A DNA stretch of 64,000 nucleotides from a bacterium (GCA_050951765.1 JBMNJR010000003.1:195148-259147); one strand, 5' to 3'. Shown: positions 1 to 10,667, counted from the first letter of the stretch. Notes: generated from the letters alone by a model not told the origin. A program made the numbers and translations.

Positions 1-87
1 CCGGGCAATAAATTGATTGGAACCAAGGCTATGGGCGATAAGGTTTGTGAATATTTGAATTCAGATCTGGCGAAAGAAGGGGGTTAA
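1..87 (+). CDS. 3' end of an unidentified CDS entering from upstream of the window
   Basis: The frame is open from base 1 to TAA at 85-87 (hand translation ...KVCEYLNSDLAKEGG*). The next ORF starts 2 nt later. No family recognised. Confidence 0.25.
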   Translation, partial: PGNKLIGTKAMGDKVCEYLNSDLAKEGG

Positions 88-89
88 TT

Positions 90-221
90 ATGAACAGTAA
101 AGATAATATAAATAAAAAACCCCACCCGGTTATTCAATGGGAGGAACAAGCAAACCCAGAAGTTCAAGACCTATTTAGCCTCTGCAAGGGTTGGTCCAAT
201 GCTTGGGTGATGATTAAATAA
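90..221 (+). CDS. small hypothetical protein (43 aa)
   Basis: ATG at 90 is preceded by a GAAGGGGG Shine-Dalgarno sequence. Hand translation is MNSKDNINKKPHPVIQWEEQANPEVQDLFSLCKGWSNAWVMIK, with TAA at 219-221. A terminator follows at 322-355. No homology recognised. Confidence 0.3.
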   Translation: MNSKDNINKKPHPVIQWEEQANPEVQDLFSLCKGWSNAWVMIK

Positions 222-321
222 TAAACACAGTTTCATGCCCTTCACTATGACCGCATGAGCATAAATCCTTAAACCGTTTCGGTCACGGGCAGGCGGGCAA
301 CCAGTGGTATAGAATTAAAGT

Positions 322-355
322 GGCAGGTGATTAAATAACCTGCCTCCGTTTTTTT
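322..355 (+). terminator. Rho-independent terminator
   Basis: GGCAGGT (322-328) pairs with ACCTGCC (338-344) and is followed by TCCGTTTTTTT. Confidence 0.6.
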
Positions 356-495
356 AATAAAACAAACCAACACTTTAGTTTATTCTTTTGCAAAGCTTTC
401 CTTTTCTCATATGCGATTATATCTCCTGCTTTTACCACACACATCATCAACCTGTTTCATAATATAGATTACAACAGTATAAGGAGGTTGTTAGA

Positions 496-1011
496 ATGTA
501 CCTTTATCTTCCCTCGCTTGCCTACCCGGGAAATCCATACCTTCCAGACGGTATGCCTAATAATAATCTTTATGTACAAATCCCTAACCTTCCCCTTTTA
601 GGACCCCACTCCTTTAGGCAAATGCTCCATCATATATACAGATCAATAATAGATGAAGCCACAGCAGCAGAATTCTATTCCCGCCTGTTAAGGGAGGCGC
701 CCGACGAGCTGCACCGTGAATTTATCGAACATGCTTATGAAGATGAACAAGAACACTTACAAGCCTTTATGAGACTATTTTATCACTTCACCGGTCAAAG
801 ACCCCAATATACCATTGCACCTGTTGAATATCCCAACTACAAAGCAGGAATATTGATGGCGTTAAAAGACGAATTGGAGGCAGCAGAATTTTATCGTGAT
901 GTTCAGCTATCCACTACCGACCAATTAGTTAAAGATACCTTTTATTTCGCGATGATCGATGAGCTGGAACACGCAACCCAATTTAGTACTCTCTATAATA
1001 CCTTAAAATGA
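496..1011 (+). CDS. ferritin-like / rubrerythrin-fold domain protein with Y/P-rich N-terminus (possibly spore-coat associated)
   Basis: 171-aa ORF with AGGAGG upstream. It carries two E-x-x-H-type helices (DEATAAEFY...EDEQEHL and DELEAAEFY...DELEHA) typical of ferritin-like di-iron folds. Confidence 0.55.
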   Translation: MYLYLPSLAYPGNPYLPDGMPNNNLYVQIPNLPLLGPHSFRQMLHHIYRSIIDEATAAEFYSRLLREAPDELHREFIEHAYEDEQEHLQAFMRLFYHFTGQRPQYTIAPVEYPNYKAGILMALKDELEAAEFYRDVQLSTTDQLVKDTFYFAMIDELEHATQFSTLYNTLK

Positions 1012-1090
1012 GCACATGCGTAATAGTTATAATGCAGGGGTAAAGACATGATTTGTCATAAACCCTGCATTTTTCTTAAACAGTATCGGA

Positions 1091-2338
1091 TTATCGTTTC
1101 GCAAGCAGCGGTTCGGTTACTCCATGCATCCCCGCAAGGGCCAAGAGCAAGAGGAAAGATTTTTGCGGCGAACGGTAAGCTCCTTCTGGATCAAACCATT
1201 CATCAAGGCTGTGCACTCCCCCTTCAGCGCCACCACGGCCCAGCGTAACAGCCGGTATACCTTTTCCAATGGGCATGTTGGTATTGGTACACCCGCCAGG
1301 TACGAGCCGGGGATTGGCACCGACACATTCAGTGGCCTTCCAGGCGGCTTGCACAATTACACTATCAGCCGGCTGGGTGCCTGCCGGAACATCAAGGATC
1401 ATTTTGTAATCAACCTCTATTAAATCTTTACCCCAGCGTTCATTTTCTTCCCGGGCACCAGCAACAAAGCATTTGATCGCTTGCTCCTCAAGTCTATCCA
1501 ATTCCTCCGGATCATCGGAGCGCAAGTTAATCTTAAATACTGCCTTTTGGGCAATACCGTGGATAGCATGCCCGCCTTCAATCAAACTGACAGTAAAGGT
1601 GGTTTTAGGCAGTTCCGGGGGACGCATATCGGCTAATTTGGCCACCGCCCTGCCCGCTGCATGCAAGGGGCTGGGGGTGCCAAAGGCCACATAAGCATGA
1701 CCTCCGGGACCTGTATATGTAACTTCAAAGTTGCGAATACCTGTACCTTCATAAATAATAGTATCTGCTCCAGCACCATCGATGGATATTGTCCCGGCGA
1801 TTTCGGGATGATCTTCCAACAATGTTTTCATACCGTACATACCGCCCATACCTTCTTCGGCAATGGTTCCGGCAAAAATTATGTCACCTTCCGGTTCAAT
1901 CCCTGTTTCCTTAAAAGCACGAATTACAGAAAGATTGGCTGTGAGTCCCCTGGTATCGTCACAGATCCCCGGTGCATAAATTTTTCCGTCTTTCTCCACC
2001 GGCGTAACGTCTGTACCAAAAGAGAAGACCGTATCCAGATGGGCTTCCAATAAAATAGTAGGGCCATTCCCTTTTCCCGGCAGTTTGCCTAAAACATTGC
2101 CATGTTTGTCTATATGAACATTTTCAAGCCCTAAAGCCCGCAGGCGTTCTGCATAATCCTGCGCCCGCTTTTCTTCGGCAAAGGTCGGCGCTTCAATTTG
2201 TACTAGTTCCTTTTGTTCCGTAATCGAACGGGGTTGATCCGCTTCAATAAAAGCTAATCCCTTTTTTACACTCTCTTCGGCCATTAACTTAGTGAATACC
2301 TGTTTAATTTTTTCACTTACTTTATAATCAGCGGTCAT
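1091..2338 (-). CDS. M20 family metallopeptidase (tripeptidase/PepT-like)
   Basis: 415-aa ORF with an HLDTVF metal-binding motif and overall M20/M25/M40 layout. Confidence 0.8.
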   Translation of the reverse strand: MTADYKVSEKIKQVFTKLMAEESVKKGLAFIEADQPRSITEQKELVQIEAPTFAEEKRAQDYAERLRALGLENVHIDKHGNVLGKLPGKGNGPTILLEAHLDTVFSFGTDVTPVEKDGKIYAPGICDDTRGLTANLSVIRAFKETGIEPEGDIIFAGTIAEEGMGGMYGMKTLLEDHPEIAGTISIDGAGADTIIYEGTGIRNFEVTYTGPGGHAYVAFGTPSPLHAAGRAVAKLADMRPPELPKTTFTVSLIEGGHAIHGIAQKAVFKINLRSDDPEELDRLEEQAIKCFVAGAREENERWGKDLIEVDYKMILDVPAGTQPADSVIVQAAWKATECVGANPRLVPGGCTNTNMPIGKGIPAVTLGRGGAEGGVHSLDEWFDPEGAYRSPQKSFLLLLALAGMHGVTEPLLAKR

Positions 2339-2378
2339 GTAAAAACACTCCTTTTTTTCTCTCTAGCTCACAATTGTC

Positions 2379-3275
2379 CTAAAGACAACCCCCTGCTCGC
2401 AATATATGGCTCTCTCCCTTACTGATCACCTCCTCCACATACTTGCCTAGGTCGATCAGCTTATTCAAATCAACACCGGTGGCAATGCCCATGGATTCCA
2501 ACATGTTAATCAAATCTTCCGAACTTACATTACCTGTGGCACCCGGCGCATAAGGACAACCGCCCAATCCGGCTATGGCCGCATCAAATGAATTGACGCC
2601 AACCTCCATGGCAGCCATTATGTTTGCCAAGGCTAAACCCCTCGTATTATGCATGTGCAAAGAAAAAATCACATCAGGGTATTTGTCCCGCATGTAGCTA
2701 AGCATGTAATAAACCTGCTTCGGATTTGCCATCCCCGTAGTGTCGGCCAGAGTGATTATAACCACACCTGCATTGATAAACCGGGCAACTATTTTACTTA
2801 CATTTTCTATTGGCACAGCACCCTCATAAGGGCAGCCAAAGGCTACGGATATCCCACAGGTTATGGCCAAATCCCGTTTCAAGGCAGCTTCGATACACTC
2901 ATCGGCTCTAATTAATGCCTGTTCAATGTCTGCATTTAAGTTAGCCTTACTGTGGGACTCACTGGCCGAAACGGTAAATTCAACCTCATCCATATTAACG
3001 GCATGGGCGCGTTCAATTCCCTTTAGATTAACCACCAGGGCGCTATACGTGACTCCCGGCTTCCGATCGATCAGTGACATGACCTTTTCCGCGTCTACAA
3101 GCTGCGGAATAGCCCGTGGATGAACAAAAGAGGTGGCCTGAATTTGGGTTAAGCCTGCCTCGGCCAACTTATTAATTACCTCAGCTTTAAGCTCGCTGGG
3201 AATGAATTTATTAATACTTTGGAAACCATCCCGGGGTCCAACTTCCTTTATTATGACTTGTTTAGGTAACTGCAT
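2379..3275 (-). CDS. hydroxymethylglutaryl-CoA lyase-like (HMGL family) protein
   Basis: 298-aa ORF. It has the N-terminal EVGPRDGFQS motif and the later HxH (HMHNTRG) motif of the HMGL/DRE-TIM family. Confidence 0.8.
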   Translation of the reverse strand: MQLPKQVIIKEVGPRDGFQSINKFIPSELKAEVINKLAEAGLTQIQATSFVHPRAIPQLVDAEKVMSLIDRKPGVTYSALVVNLKGIERAHAVNMDEVEFTVSASESHSKANLNADIEQALIRADECIEAALKRDLAITCGISVAFGCPYEGAVPIENVSKIVARFINAGVVIITLADTTGMANPKQVYYMLSYMRDKYPDVIFSLHMHNTRGLALANIMAAMEVGVNSFDAAIAGLGGCPYAPGATGNVSSEDLINMLESMGIATGVDLNKLIDLGKYVEEVISKGESHILRAGGCL

Positions 3276-3301
3276 ATTCCCTGTTTCCTCCTTAATGAAG
3301 T

Positions 3302-4516
3302 TTAGATAACTCCTTCTTGCCTAAGTGTTTCAAATTCTTCCGGTTTCATCCCTAACATCCCGCAATAAATCTCCCTATTGTGCTCACCCAGACTGGGGCC
3401 GGGAAATCTTATTTTACCAGGTGTTTTAGAAAATTTAGGTAATATTGCCGGCATCTTGAAACTTCCCAGTTGGGGATGTTCAACTTCTACAATATTTTCC
3501 CTGGCAATAAAATGTGGTTCTTCTACAATATCTGCAATACTATTTACCGGTGATGCAGGTACGCCAGCTTTATCTAAGCGAGTTATAATTTCACTGCGCG
3601 CCAATCCATCACACCAGTCCTGTACAGCCTGCAGTGTTTCCTCATTATGCTTTACCCTTTCGGAATTAGTATCAAAACGGGGATCTGTCAGCATATCCTG
3701 CCGCCCTATACACTCTGCCAACCGGTCAAATGTTCGATCTGTACTGGCCACAATCGTCACCCATTTTTTATCCTTAGTCAAAAAAACACCTACGGGGCTC
3801 ACTGAACTGCTGACAGATTCACCCCGTTCCTGCACAACACCATTAAAAGTATAATTATGCAATGTGCCTTCCATAATCCTAAACAAAGGTTCATATAGTG
3901 CCAAATCAATTTCTTGCCCTTCTTCTTCTGGATTGTTTTTCATGTACATTAATGCAGCCAGGGAGGCAACAGCACCCATATAACCGGCAAGATAATCTGC
4001 CAAGGAAATAGGGGGGCTGGTAGGAGGCCGATCACTATAGCCCAAGGTATATGTATAGCCGCTAAAAGCTGTCGCCGCCATACCAAACCCTGCTTTTTCC
4101 CGATACGGACCACTTTGTCCATAACCGGAAATCCTCAATACTACGATTCTTTTATTGACCTCCCGCATAACATCATAGGTAAGGCCCCATTTATCTAAGA
4201 TTCCCGGGCGAAAGTTCTCAATTACCAGGTCTGTTCGTTGGACTAATTGTTTTGCAATATCCAGCCCTTTTGGGTTTCTCAAGTCAAGAGTTATACATTT
4301 TTTATTGCGGGACATTGTAGCCCAACGCAATGGTTCTCCGGCGTGAAAGGGACCAAACCGCCGAAAAGAATCTCCTACCCCAGGCAGCTCCACTTTGATC
4401 ACGTTGGCACCATAGTCCGCTAATAATGAAGCCGCAAAGGGACCTGCAATTACATTTGATAATTCCAAAACATTTAGACCCTCCAGTGGCCCGGTAACAG
4501 AATTCTGATTGCCCAT
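3302..4516 (-). CDS. family III CoA-transferase (CaiB/BaiF family)
   Basis: 404-aa ORF. The N-terminal LEGLNVLELSNVIAGPFAASLLADYGANVIKVE is the typical family III CoA-transferase signature region. Confidence 0.85.
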   Translation of the reverse strand: MGNQNSVTGPLEGLNVLELSNVIAGPFAASLLADYGANVIKVELPGVGDSFRRFGPFHAGEPLRWATMSRNKKCITLDLRNPKGLDIAKQLVQRTDLVIENFRPGILDKWGLTYDVMREVNKRIVVLRISGYGQSGPYREKAGFGMAATAFSGYTYTLGYSDRPPTSPPISLADYLAGYMGAVASLAALMYMKNNPEEEGQEIDLALYEPLFRIMEGTLHNYTFNGVVQERGESVSSSVSPVGVFLTKDKKWVTIVASTDRTFDRLAECIGRQDMLTDPRFDTNSERVKHNEETLQAVQDWCDGLARSEIITRLDKAGVPASPVNSIADIVEEPHFIARENIVEVEHPQLGSFKMPAILPKFSKTPGKIRFPGPSLGEHNREIYCGMLGMKPEEFETLRQEGVI

Positions 4517-4600
4517 AATTTTCCCTCCTTAGTTATGCAACTGTTTTAATGACCGCTGGAACTACCCATTACTATTCATTAGCATCCACCGCAACCTGCT

Positions 4601-4650
4601 CTGAAAAAACTTTGTCCGGGGGCTAGCCTAATTTTGCCGCAGACACCGGC
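4601..4650 (+). repeat. partial copy (C) of a dispersed intergenic repeat family
   Basis: CTGAAAAAACTTTGTCCGGGGGCTAGCCTAATTTTGCCGC matches the reverse complement of 52078-52113 almost base for base. The copy ends at the mutS2 stop codon. Confidence 0.7.
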
Positions 4651-4657
4651 ATCTGCT

Positions 4658-7024
4658 TTAATCTCCCAATTCAACAACAGTAACTCCTGTTCCTCCTTCT
4701 CGATAATGCCCCAACCGGTAAGAACGGATATTATTATGCTTGGCTAAAAATTCCTGTATTGCCTCTCTTAGCACACCGGTTCCTTTACCGTGAATCAGAA
4801 TAACTTTATCTAAACCGGCTAAATAAGCATCATCTAAGTATTTTTCCACTTGATAGATGGCTTCATCTGCTGTTTGTCCTCTTAAGTCCAATTCCGGAGA
4901 AATTTGTATGGCCTTAGCACTTGCCAATCGACCTACCCCGGTTTTTTGCACTTCTCTATTAACATCCCGTTTAATGCGCCGAATTTGTTTTGGCTCCACT
5001 GTCACCTTCATGATCCCAACCTGAACTAATACCTGATCAGCGGTGAGAATTTCTAAAACATGGCCACTTTGATTTAAATGGGTAAGAAAAACACTCTCCC
5101 CGGGTTTTAAGTCCTGCGGCACTTCCCCTTGCTCTTCCGGAGCAAGTTTTGCCAGCTGTGTCTCCAATTCACCCCGCAATCTATTTAAACCTTGCCTCGT
5201 TTCCTGGGATACCAGGGTGCGTTCCCGTTCTAAGATGCCTTTTGCTTCTTTCTTTAATTCTTCCAGGATTCGCTCTGCCTCCCGGCGGGCGCGATTAACA
5301 ATTGCCAGGGCGTCCTGGCGGGCTTTAATCATTATCTCCCGTCGTTCTTCCCTGAGACGTTCAATATCCTCTTCATACCGCTCTTGTAATTTTTCCGACT
5401 GTTCCCGGGCACGCTCTGCCTTTGTTCGGTCATGATAAGCTTTAACCCGATCTGCTTCTAAGGATCTTATCAAATCTTCCACCCGCAAATTCTCTTTGCT
5501 CATAAACTCCTTTGCTCTAACCACAATCTCTTCCGGCAACCCCAATCCCATTGCAATATCAAAGGCATTGCTGCGGCCAGGAATCCCAATCAACAGGTTA
5601 TATGTGGGCTGAAGCGTTTCCGCATTGAACTCCACCGAAGCGTTTTCAACCCCATTAAAGCTATAGGCAAAGGTTTTCAATTCGCTGTAATGGGTGGTGG
5701 CGACAACCCTTGTGCCGCGGTTATATAAATAATGCAAAATGGCCATCCCTAAAGCAGCGCCCTCGGTAGGATCTGTACCTGCGCCCAATTCATCTAGTAA
5801 AACCAAAGACCGATCAGTACACTTGCGTAAAATTTTAATAATATTTTTCATATGCCCGGAAAAAGTGCTTAAGCTTTGTTCAATACTCTGCTCATCGCCG
5901 ATATCTACCAGCACTTGATCAAAAATTGTTGTCTCCGAACCTGCGCCTGCCGGTATGTGGAGTCCTGCCTGGGCCATTACGGCCAATAAACCAATGGTTT
6001 TTAAGGTGACTGTTTTGCCACCGGTATTAGGTCCGGTAATAACCAAGATGTGAAATTCTCGCCCCAAATGGACATCAATGGGGACAACATTTTCACCTAG
6101 CAATGGGTGCCGTCCCCGGCGAATATCAATATATCCTTCCCGGTTAAACCGAGGTTCAATACCATCCAACTGCAGGCTAAAACGCCCTTTGGCAAAGGAA
6201 AAATCAAGACGACCCAAGGCATTGAGGTTGGCCTCAATATCTTCATGGACTTCAGCCACAGCCTGGGAAAGCTCAGCCAAGATCCGCTCTACTTCCCGCT
6301 GCTCCTCAATTTTACATTCCCGCAAGCGATTGTTTAATTGCACAACCTGCATGGGCTCTATAAATAGAGTTGCTCCGCTGGCCGATTGATCATGCACTAT
6401 ACCCGGCACTTGGTTACGGTATTCCTGTTTAACCGGAACCACATAGCGATCTCCCCGCACGGTAACAATCGGTTCCTGCAAGTATTTTTGTAAGGTACTC
6501 GAACGGATCATTGCATCCAGTCGCTCCCTGACCTGGTTGCCCGTACTTTTTATCTGCCGCCGCAGCCGGTATAGTTTTTCGCTGGCCCCATCTGCCACTT
6601 CCCCTTCATCAGTGATCGCGTTTTTGATGCGACGTTCCAACTGCCCCAAGGATCGTATTTCCCGCGCATAGCTTTGTAACAAAGGAGCCGTTTCGCCCAC
6701 TGTCAGCATAAACTCCCGCAGTCGTTTCCCTGCTGCAAGAGTATCCGCTACGGCCAACAATTCCCCCGGATCCAAACTTGCTCCAATTTTTGCCCTTTTG
6801 AGCAATGGACGCACATCACTGAGCCCTCCCAAGGGGATTTGCGGAAAAAGCCGCCATAACTGCCGTGCCTCAGAAGTTTCTTGCTGCAAACGTCTTATTA
6901 ACATCTCATCTTGCACCGGTTCCAAGTCATTAACCAATTCCCTGCCTAATCCGCAAGCTGTCAAACCACTGAGCAATTCTTTAATCCGGTCGAACCCTAT
7001 TTTCTCTAAAACCCTCTTTTCCAT
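4658..7024 (-). CDS. mutS2: endonuclease MutS2 (MutS domain V ATPase plus C-terminal Smr domain)
   Basis: 788-aa ORF with Walker A (GPNTGGKT), a long K/E/R coiled region and a C-terminal Smr domain (LDLRG...IHGKGTG). Synteny with polX, cvpA and zapA matches B. subtilis. Confidence 0.95.
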   Translation of the reverse strand: MEKRVLEKIGFDRIKELLSGLTACGLGRELVNDLEPVQDEMLIRRLQQETSEARQLWRLFPQIPLGGLSDVRPLLKRAKIGASLDPGELLAVADTLAAGKRLREFMLTVGETAPLLQSYAREIRSLGQLERRIKNAITDEGEVADGASEKLYRLRRQIKSTGNQVRERLDAMIRSSTLQKYLQEPIVTVRGDRYVVPVKQEYRNQVPGIVHDQSASGATLFIEPMQVVQLNNRLRECKIEEQREVERILAELSQAVAEVHEDIEANLNALGRLDFSFAKGRFSLQLDGIEPRFNREGYIDIRRGRHPLLGENVVPIDVHLGREFHILVITGPNTGGKTVTLKTIGLLAVMAQAGLHIPAGAGSETTIFDQVLVDIGDEQSIEQSLSTFSGHMKNIIKILRKCTDRSLVLLDELGAGTDPTEGAALGMAILHYLYNRGTRVVATTHYSELKTFAYSFNGVENASVEFNAETLQPTYNLLIGIPGRSNAFDIAMGLGLPEEIVVRAKEFMSKENLRVEDLIRSLEADRVKAYHDRTKAERAREQSEKLQERYEEDIERLREERREIMIKARQDALAIVNRARREAERILEELKKEAKGILERERTLVSQETRQGLNRLRGELETQLAKLAPEEQGEVPQDLKPGESVFLTHLNQSGHVLEILTADQVLVQVGIMKVTVEPKQIRRIKRDVNREVQKTGVGRLASAKAIQISPELDLRGQTADEAIYQVEKYLDDAYLAGLDKVILIHGKGTGVLREAIQEFLAKHNNIRSYRLGHYREGGTGVTVVELGD

Positions 7025-7094
7025 TTCTGCTACACCTTTCTGCGATCACTAATAATCCTTAAAAATTCTCTTTTATTATAACAATCCCCTATGC

Positions 7095-7994
7095 TTAATA
7101 CAGGCTTAAAATAGCCGGGGCGATATCAGTTAAGTCACGGACCTGCCTAGCAACCTCCCCGTGGCCATAGCCGCACAGTAAGGTAGGAACAGGATTGAAT
7201 GTATGACCCTTAACAGTTAAATCTTCAATATTACCATGATCACTGGCCAATACTACCAGTGTTTGCTTTAAATCTACCTGCGTTAAGACACTTCCGTAAA
7301 AACGATCCAACAATTCCAACACAGCCACCGCCTGCTGCCAATTTTGCCTGTGGCCAACAAAATCAGTACGAAAGTACTCAAAAAGGGTAAAGTTATAATT
7401 CCGGCTTATATCAGCTAAGATCCTTCCTGCCTCTTCCGGGCTAAACAATGGGACTTTATAACCCTTTTCCCGTAAGCTTGCATTGGTAATATCCTGATAC
7501 ACCGCTTGACCAGCTAATAAGTCTGCTTTTGTCCGCAAATTCAAACCTGCGGCAAGGGTCGCTTCCGTAGTAACACTATTTCTTTTTTTCCCTTCCGCCC
7601 GCAGCGTAAAGTATTCATCTCTAAACATATTGGCAAAGGTTGCTTGTAAACCCATATCCTGAACCTGTTTCAAAATACTTGCCCGGGCAATCAATTCCCG
7701 CAAGGCTTGCGGCGGAAAAGCATTATGATGCCGCCCCAATACTTGGGCAGCATTTTCACCGGTAAGCAGTGTTGTCTGTCCGGTAGCGCTTTGGGGTAAA
7801 CCGGGAACTCCCAAAGTAGCGTCCGTAGGAACAAAACTAACCTCCGTTCCCATAAAAGCCTCTACTTCCCCGGTAAGTGGCTGCCCGCCTAAAAGCCTGC
7901 GCCAAGTGGGTGTTGCTGCAGCAACCAAAGGATTTCGTTCCGCATCATTTGCCCCCAACCCCAAACCATCGATAAAAATTAGGAGCACATGCAT
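7095..7994 (-). CDS. alkaline-phosphatase-superfamily metalloenzyme (phosphomutase/phosphatase-like)
   Basis: 299-aa ORF. The N-terminal LIFIDGLGLG and C-terminal SDHGN motifs are typical of the metalloenzyme superfamily. The precise activity cannot be called. Confidence 0.55.
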   Translation of the reverse strand: MHVLLIFIDGLGLGANDAERNPLVAAATPTWRRLLGGQPLTGEVEAFMGTEVSFVPTDATLGVPGLPQSATGQTTLLTGENAAQVLGRHHNAFPPQALRELIARASILKQVQDMGLQATFANMFRDEYFTLRAEGKKRNSVTTEATLAAGLNLRTKADLLAGQAVYQDITNASLREKGYKVPLFSPEEAGRILADISRNYNFTLFEYFRTDFVGHRQNWQQAVAVLELLDRFYGSVLTQVDLKQTLVVLASDHGNIEDLTVKGHTFNPVPTLLCGYGHGEVARQVRDLTDIAPAILSLY

Positions 7995-8016
7995 TAAACC
8001 ACCTACCCGTTCTCAA

Positions 8017-9737
8017 TTAGCCTGGGGTAAAATAAGCACGCACCCGCTCCCACGGCCATGTATTGATTACATCATCTTTTTCCAGCCAGCCACGACGGGC
8101 AACAGTAATCCCAAAACTGATCTCTTCCAAGCGACCCTCTTCGTGGGCATCGGTATTAATGGCAATTTTTACCCCACATTCTTTAGCCCGGCGCACCCAA
8201 ACATCATTCAAATCAAGCCGATCCGGTGAGGCATTGATCTCCAAGACTGTCCTTGTAGCCGCTGCTTTGGCAATAACCTGTTCCAAATCAACCGGATAGC
8301 CTTCCCGCCTCCCTAAAATTCTACCTGTAGGGTGAGCTAAAATATCCACATGGGGATTGCTAATGGCCTTTAATATCCGCCCAGTCATAGTAGCTCGATC
8401 CTGCCGGAAATGGGAATGAATGGAGGCAATAACCACATCTAATTCCGCTAAAACTTCATCGGGATAGTCCAAAGAACCATCAGCCAGTATATCCACTTCA
8501 GCACCGTGCAAAATCTTAAAATCAGGATATTTCCGGTTTAATGCCTTGATCTCTGCACCTTGTTTGCGCAACTGTTCGATAGTCAATCCCTGGGCAACTT
8601 TCAAGGTTTGTGAATGATCCGTTATCCCTAAATACGCATAACCCCTTCCGCGAGCAGCCAAAACCAACTTTTCCAAATTGTCAATCCCATCACTCCACGC
8701 AGTATGACAATGAAAATCGCCTTTTATATCCTCAATGACAAGCAACTTGGGCAATTGTCCCGCTGCACCTGCTTCAATCTCACCCCGATCCTCCCGCAAC
8801 TCCGGGACAATAAAATCTAAACCCAGGCGCTGATAGAGATCCTCTTCACTATAAACGCTAATCTGTGTTCCTGTTTGCCTTTCCACAAGCTCACAAGCTT
8901 CCAAAGCAAAATTATAACCAATAGACCGTTCCCGTAAACGACCGATAATGGGCTTCTGAGCCGGTGGCCCAAAGCAGAGCCGGAAAATATTGTTCCGGTC
9001 GCACCAGCCACAGATCAACAACAATACCTAGACTAGTTTTGGCCACTACCCTGTTCCCGGACTGTGCATCCACCTGACGCACCATGGGAAAACGACAAAA
9101 CAGTTCAATTATCCGCTTTGGTTCTTCGGTGGCCAGCAAAATATCAATATCTACCAACCATATCACACCTGCGACGCAGGCTGCCGGTCAGACTGCACAT
9201 TTTCGTTTCCGGCAGCAGAGCCAAGTTTTGCCGGATTTCCTCACCTAAACCCCATGCAATTCCCAAAGGCATTCGCCCCAGTTGGGAACGGAGGAGATTA
9301 ATGCCTTTCATAATTTTTAACTCTGTTTTACTTCCCAAACCCGGTAATTTTCGCAACTCCCTTTGCCTGGCCTTTGCTTCCAATTCCGCCAGCGAGCTTA
9401 TCCCCAAATGGGTATAGCAGGTATGAATGGTTTTCGGTCCAACTTCCGGCAAGGCCAAAAGGGTCAATAGTCCCGGTGGCACCTGCGCTCGCAAATCTTC
9501 GAGGTAACTACTGCTTCCGGTAGCTAATAGTTCCTCAATCTTGGCGGCCAAATCTTTGCCGATTCCCGGCAGGGATTGAAGCTTCCCTGTTTGCCACAAT
9601 GTATGGATTTCTGCTCCTGCCTGTTTCAACGTACGGGCTGCCCGCCGATAAGCCCGGATCCGATGGGGGTTATCTCCTTTTAGTTCCAGGAGGGTGGCTA
9701 TTTCTTCAAAGGCCCAGGCAACTTCAATCGCTTCCAA
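8017..9737 (-). pseudogene. polX: DNA polymerase/3'-5' exonuclease PolX, interrupted by two frame breaks
   Basis: Three consecutive ORFs in three different frames together give a PolX-length span (about 573 codons). 9144-9737 holds the HhH/pol-beta N-terminus ending ...GSLRRRCDMVG. 8912-9166 holds DIDILLATEEP...TGSEAH. 8017-9024 holds the PHP domain (HCHT...DAHE). The breaks are near 9152 and near 8950. Confidence 0.8.
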
Positions 9738-9789
9738 TCCTATTCCTCCCTGATATTATAATATGGGAGGTTAAGCCCTCCCATACAAA

Positions 9790-10329
9790 TCATAGCTTCA
9801 TCCTATCCAGCGGCACCGGCTCGCCGCGCTCAAAAAAATCTGCCGGCTGCCAAGGAATATTTTCTTCCACCATAGCCAATACAAAAGGCACCATCTCTTC
9901 CAGGTAAGGGGCAAATATTGAACCGGCTAAAGCCGTTTCCACCGGCGGGATCTTAAATATTGTCAATATGCCCAGTAGGAAACTGATGGTCACTACGGCG
10001 ATCAATATACCAACTACAGCACCACTTAGGGCATTGACCCAACCTAAACCGGGAAAGCTCAAGAGGCTGGTACAAATATAACCCAAGAGCCGGGCAACCA
10101 GCATCACAGCAAACAAAACTGACAGGAAAGAGAATATGGCTAAGACAGGTGCAGGCAGGGAGACATACACGCGTAATTGCAGTTGAAGGTAATAATAATA
10201 CCTGACAGCCAAAAACAGCCCCGCCACCAAACCGACCAACTCAAAAACCTGCCTAACCAAACCACGGCGGTAACCGGAAAAGGCGCGCCATCCCACCACC
10301 ACTAATACTATAACATCCAGCCAGTTCAC
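9790..10329 (-). CDS. CvpA family membrane protein
   Basis: The multi-TM protein beginning VNWLDVIVLVVVGW...GYRRGLVRQV is typical of CvpA. I place the start at GTG 10329-10327, which overlaps the zapA stop (GTGA). The K/R/G-rich 22 codons upstream in the ORF track overlap zapA and look spurious. Confidence 0.7.
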   Translation of the reverse strand: MNWLDVIVLVVVGWRAFSGYRRGLVRQVFELVGLVAGLFLAVRYYYYLQLQLRVYVSLPAPVLAIFSFLSVLFAVMLVARLLGYICTSLLSFPGLGWVNALSGAVVGILIAVVTISFLLGILTIFKIPPVETALAGSIFAPYLEEMVPFVLAMVEENIPWQPADFFERGEPVPLDRMKL

Positions 10330-10604
10330 TCTCCCTTTTCCCTCCTTACTTCCCCTTCCGCCTTGTCGCCCTTTTCCCTTTCTTTTTCTTCCCATCCCGC
10401 GGCAAAATATCGATCAGCAATATTCAGTGCAGCTAAGACTGCCACTTGTGCAGTCATCAGCTTCGGATTATTGCTCTTAACCTCATTCATTGTCCTATCT
10501 ACGTACCGGGCAAGTTTCCGCAGGTACTCTTCATTCCCCAGCCCTTTTAGGATATATTCTTCATTAAAAATTCGCACCCTTACTCTGTTTTTTTCTAACG
10601 CCAT
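10326..10604 (-). CDS. zapA: cell division protein ZapA
   Basis: 92-aa ORF. The N-terminal V-R-I-x-x-E-Y pattern and LAALNIADRY helix are typical of ZapA. Its position between pheT and cvpA/polX/mutS2 matches Bacillus. Confidence 0.8.
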   Translation of the reverse strand: MALEKNRVRVRIFNEEYILKGLGNEEYLRKLARYVDRTMNEVKSNNPKLMTAQVAVLAALNIADRYFAAGWEEKEREKGDKAEGEVRREKGE

Positions 10605-10667
10605 TCACTATCACCCTTCTTCTTCCTTTAAGCATGTAATTCCCCAAGGGTGATAAAAATCCTGCCT

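Noticed and set aside
8817-9166. ORFs 8817-9011 and 8912-9166, considered as separate small genes.
   Set aside because: ORF 8912-9166 is the middle fragment of the broken polX. ORF 8817-9011 is an out-of-frame shadow of the same region.
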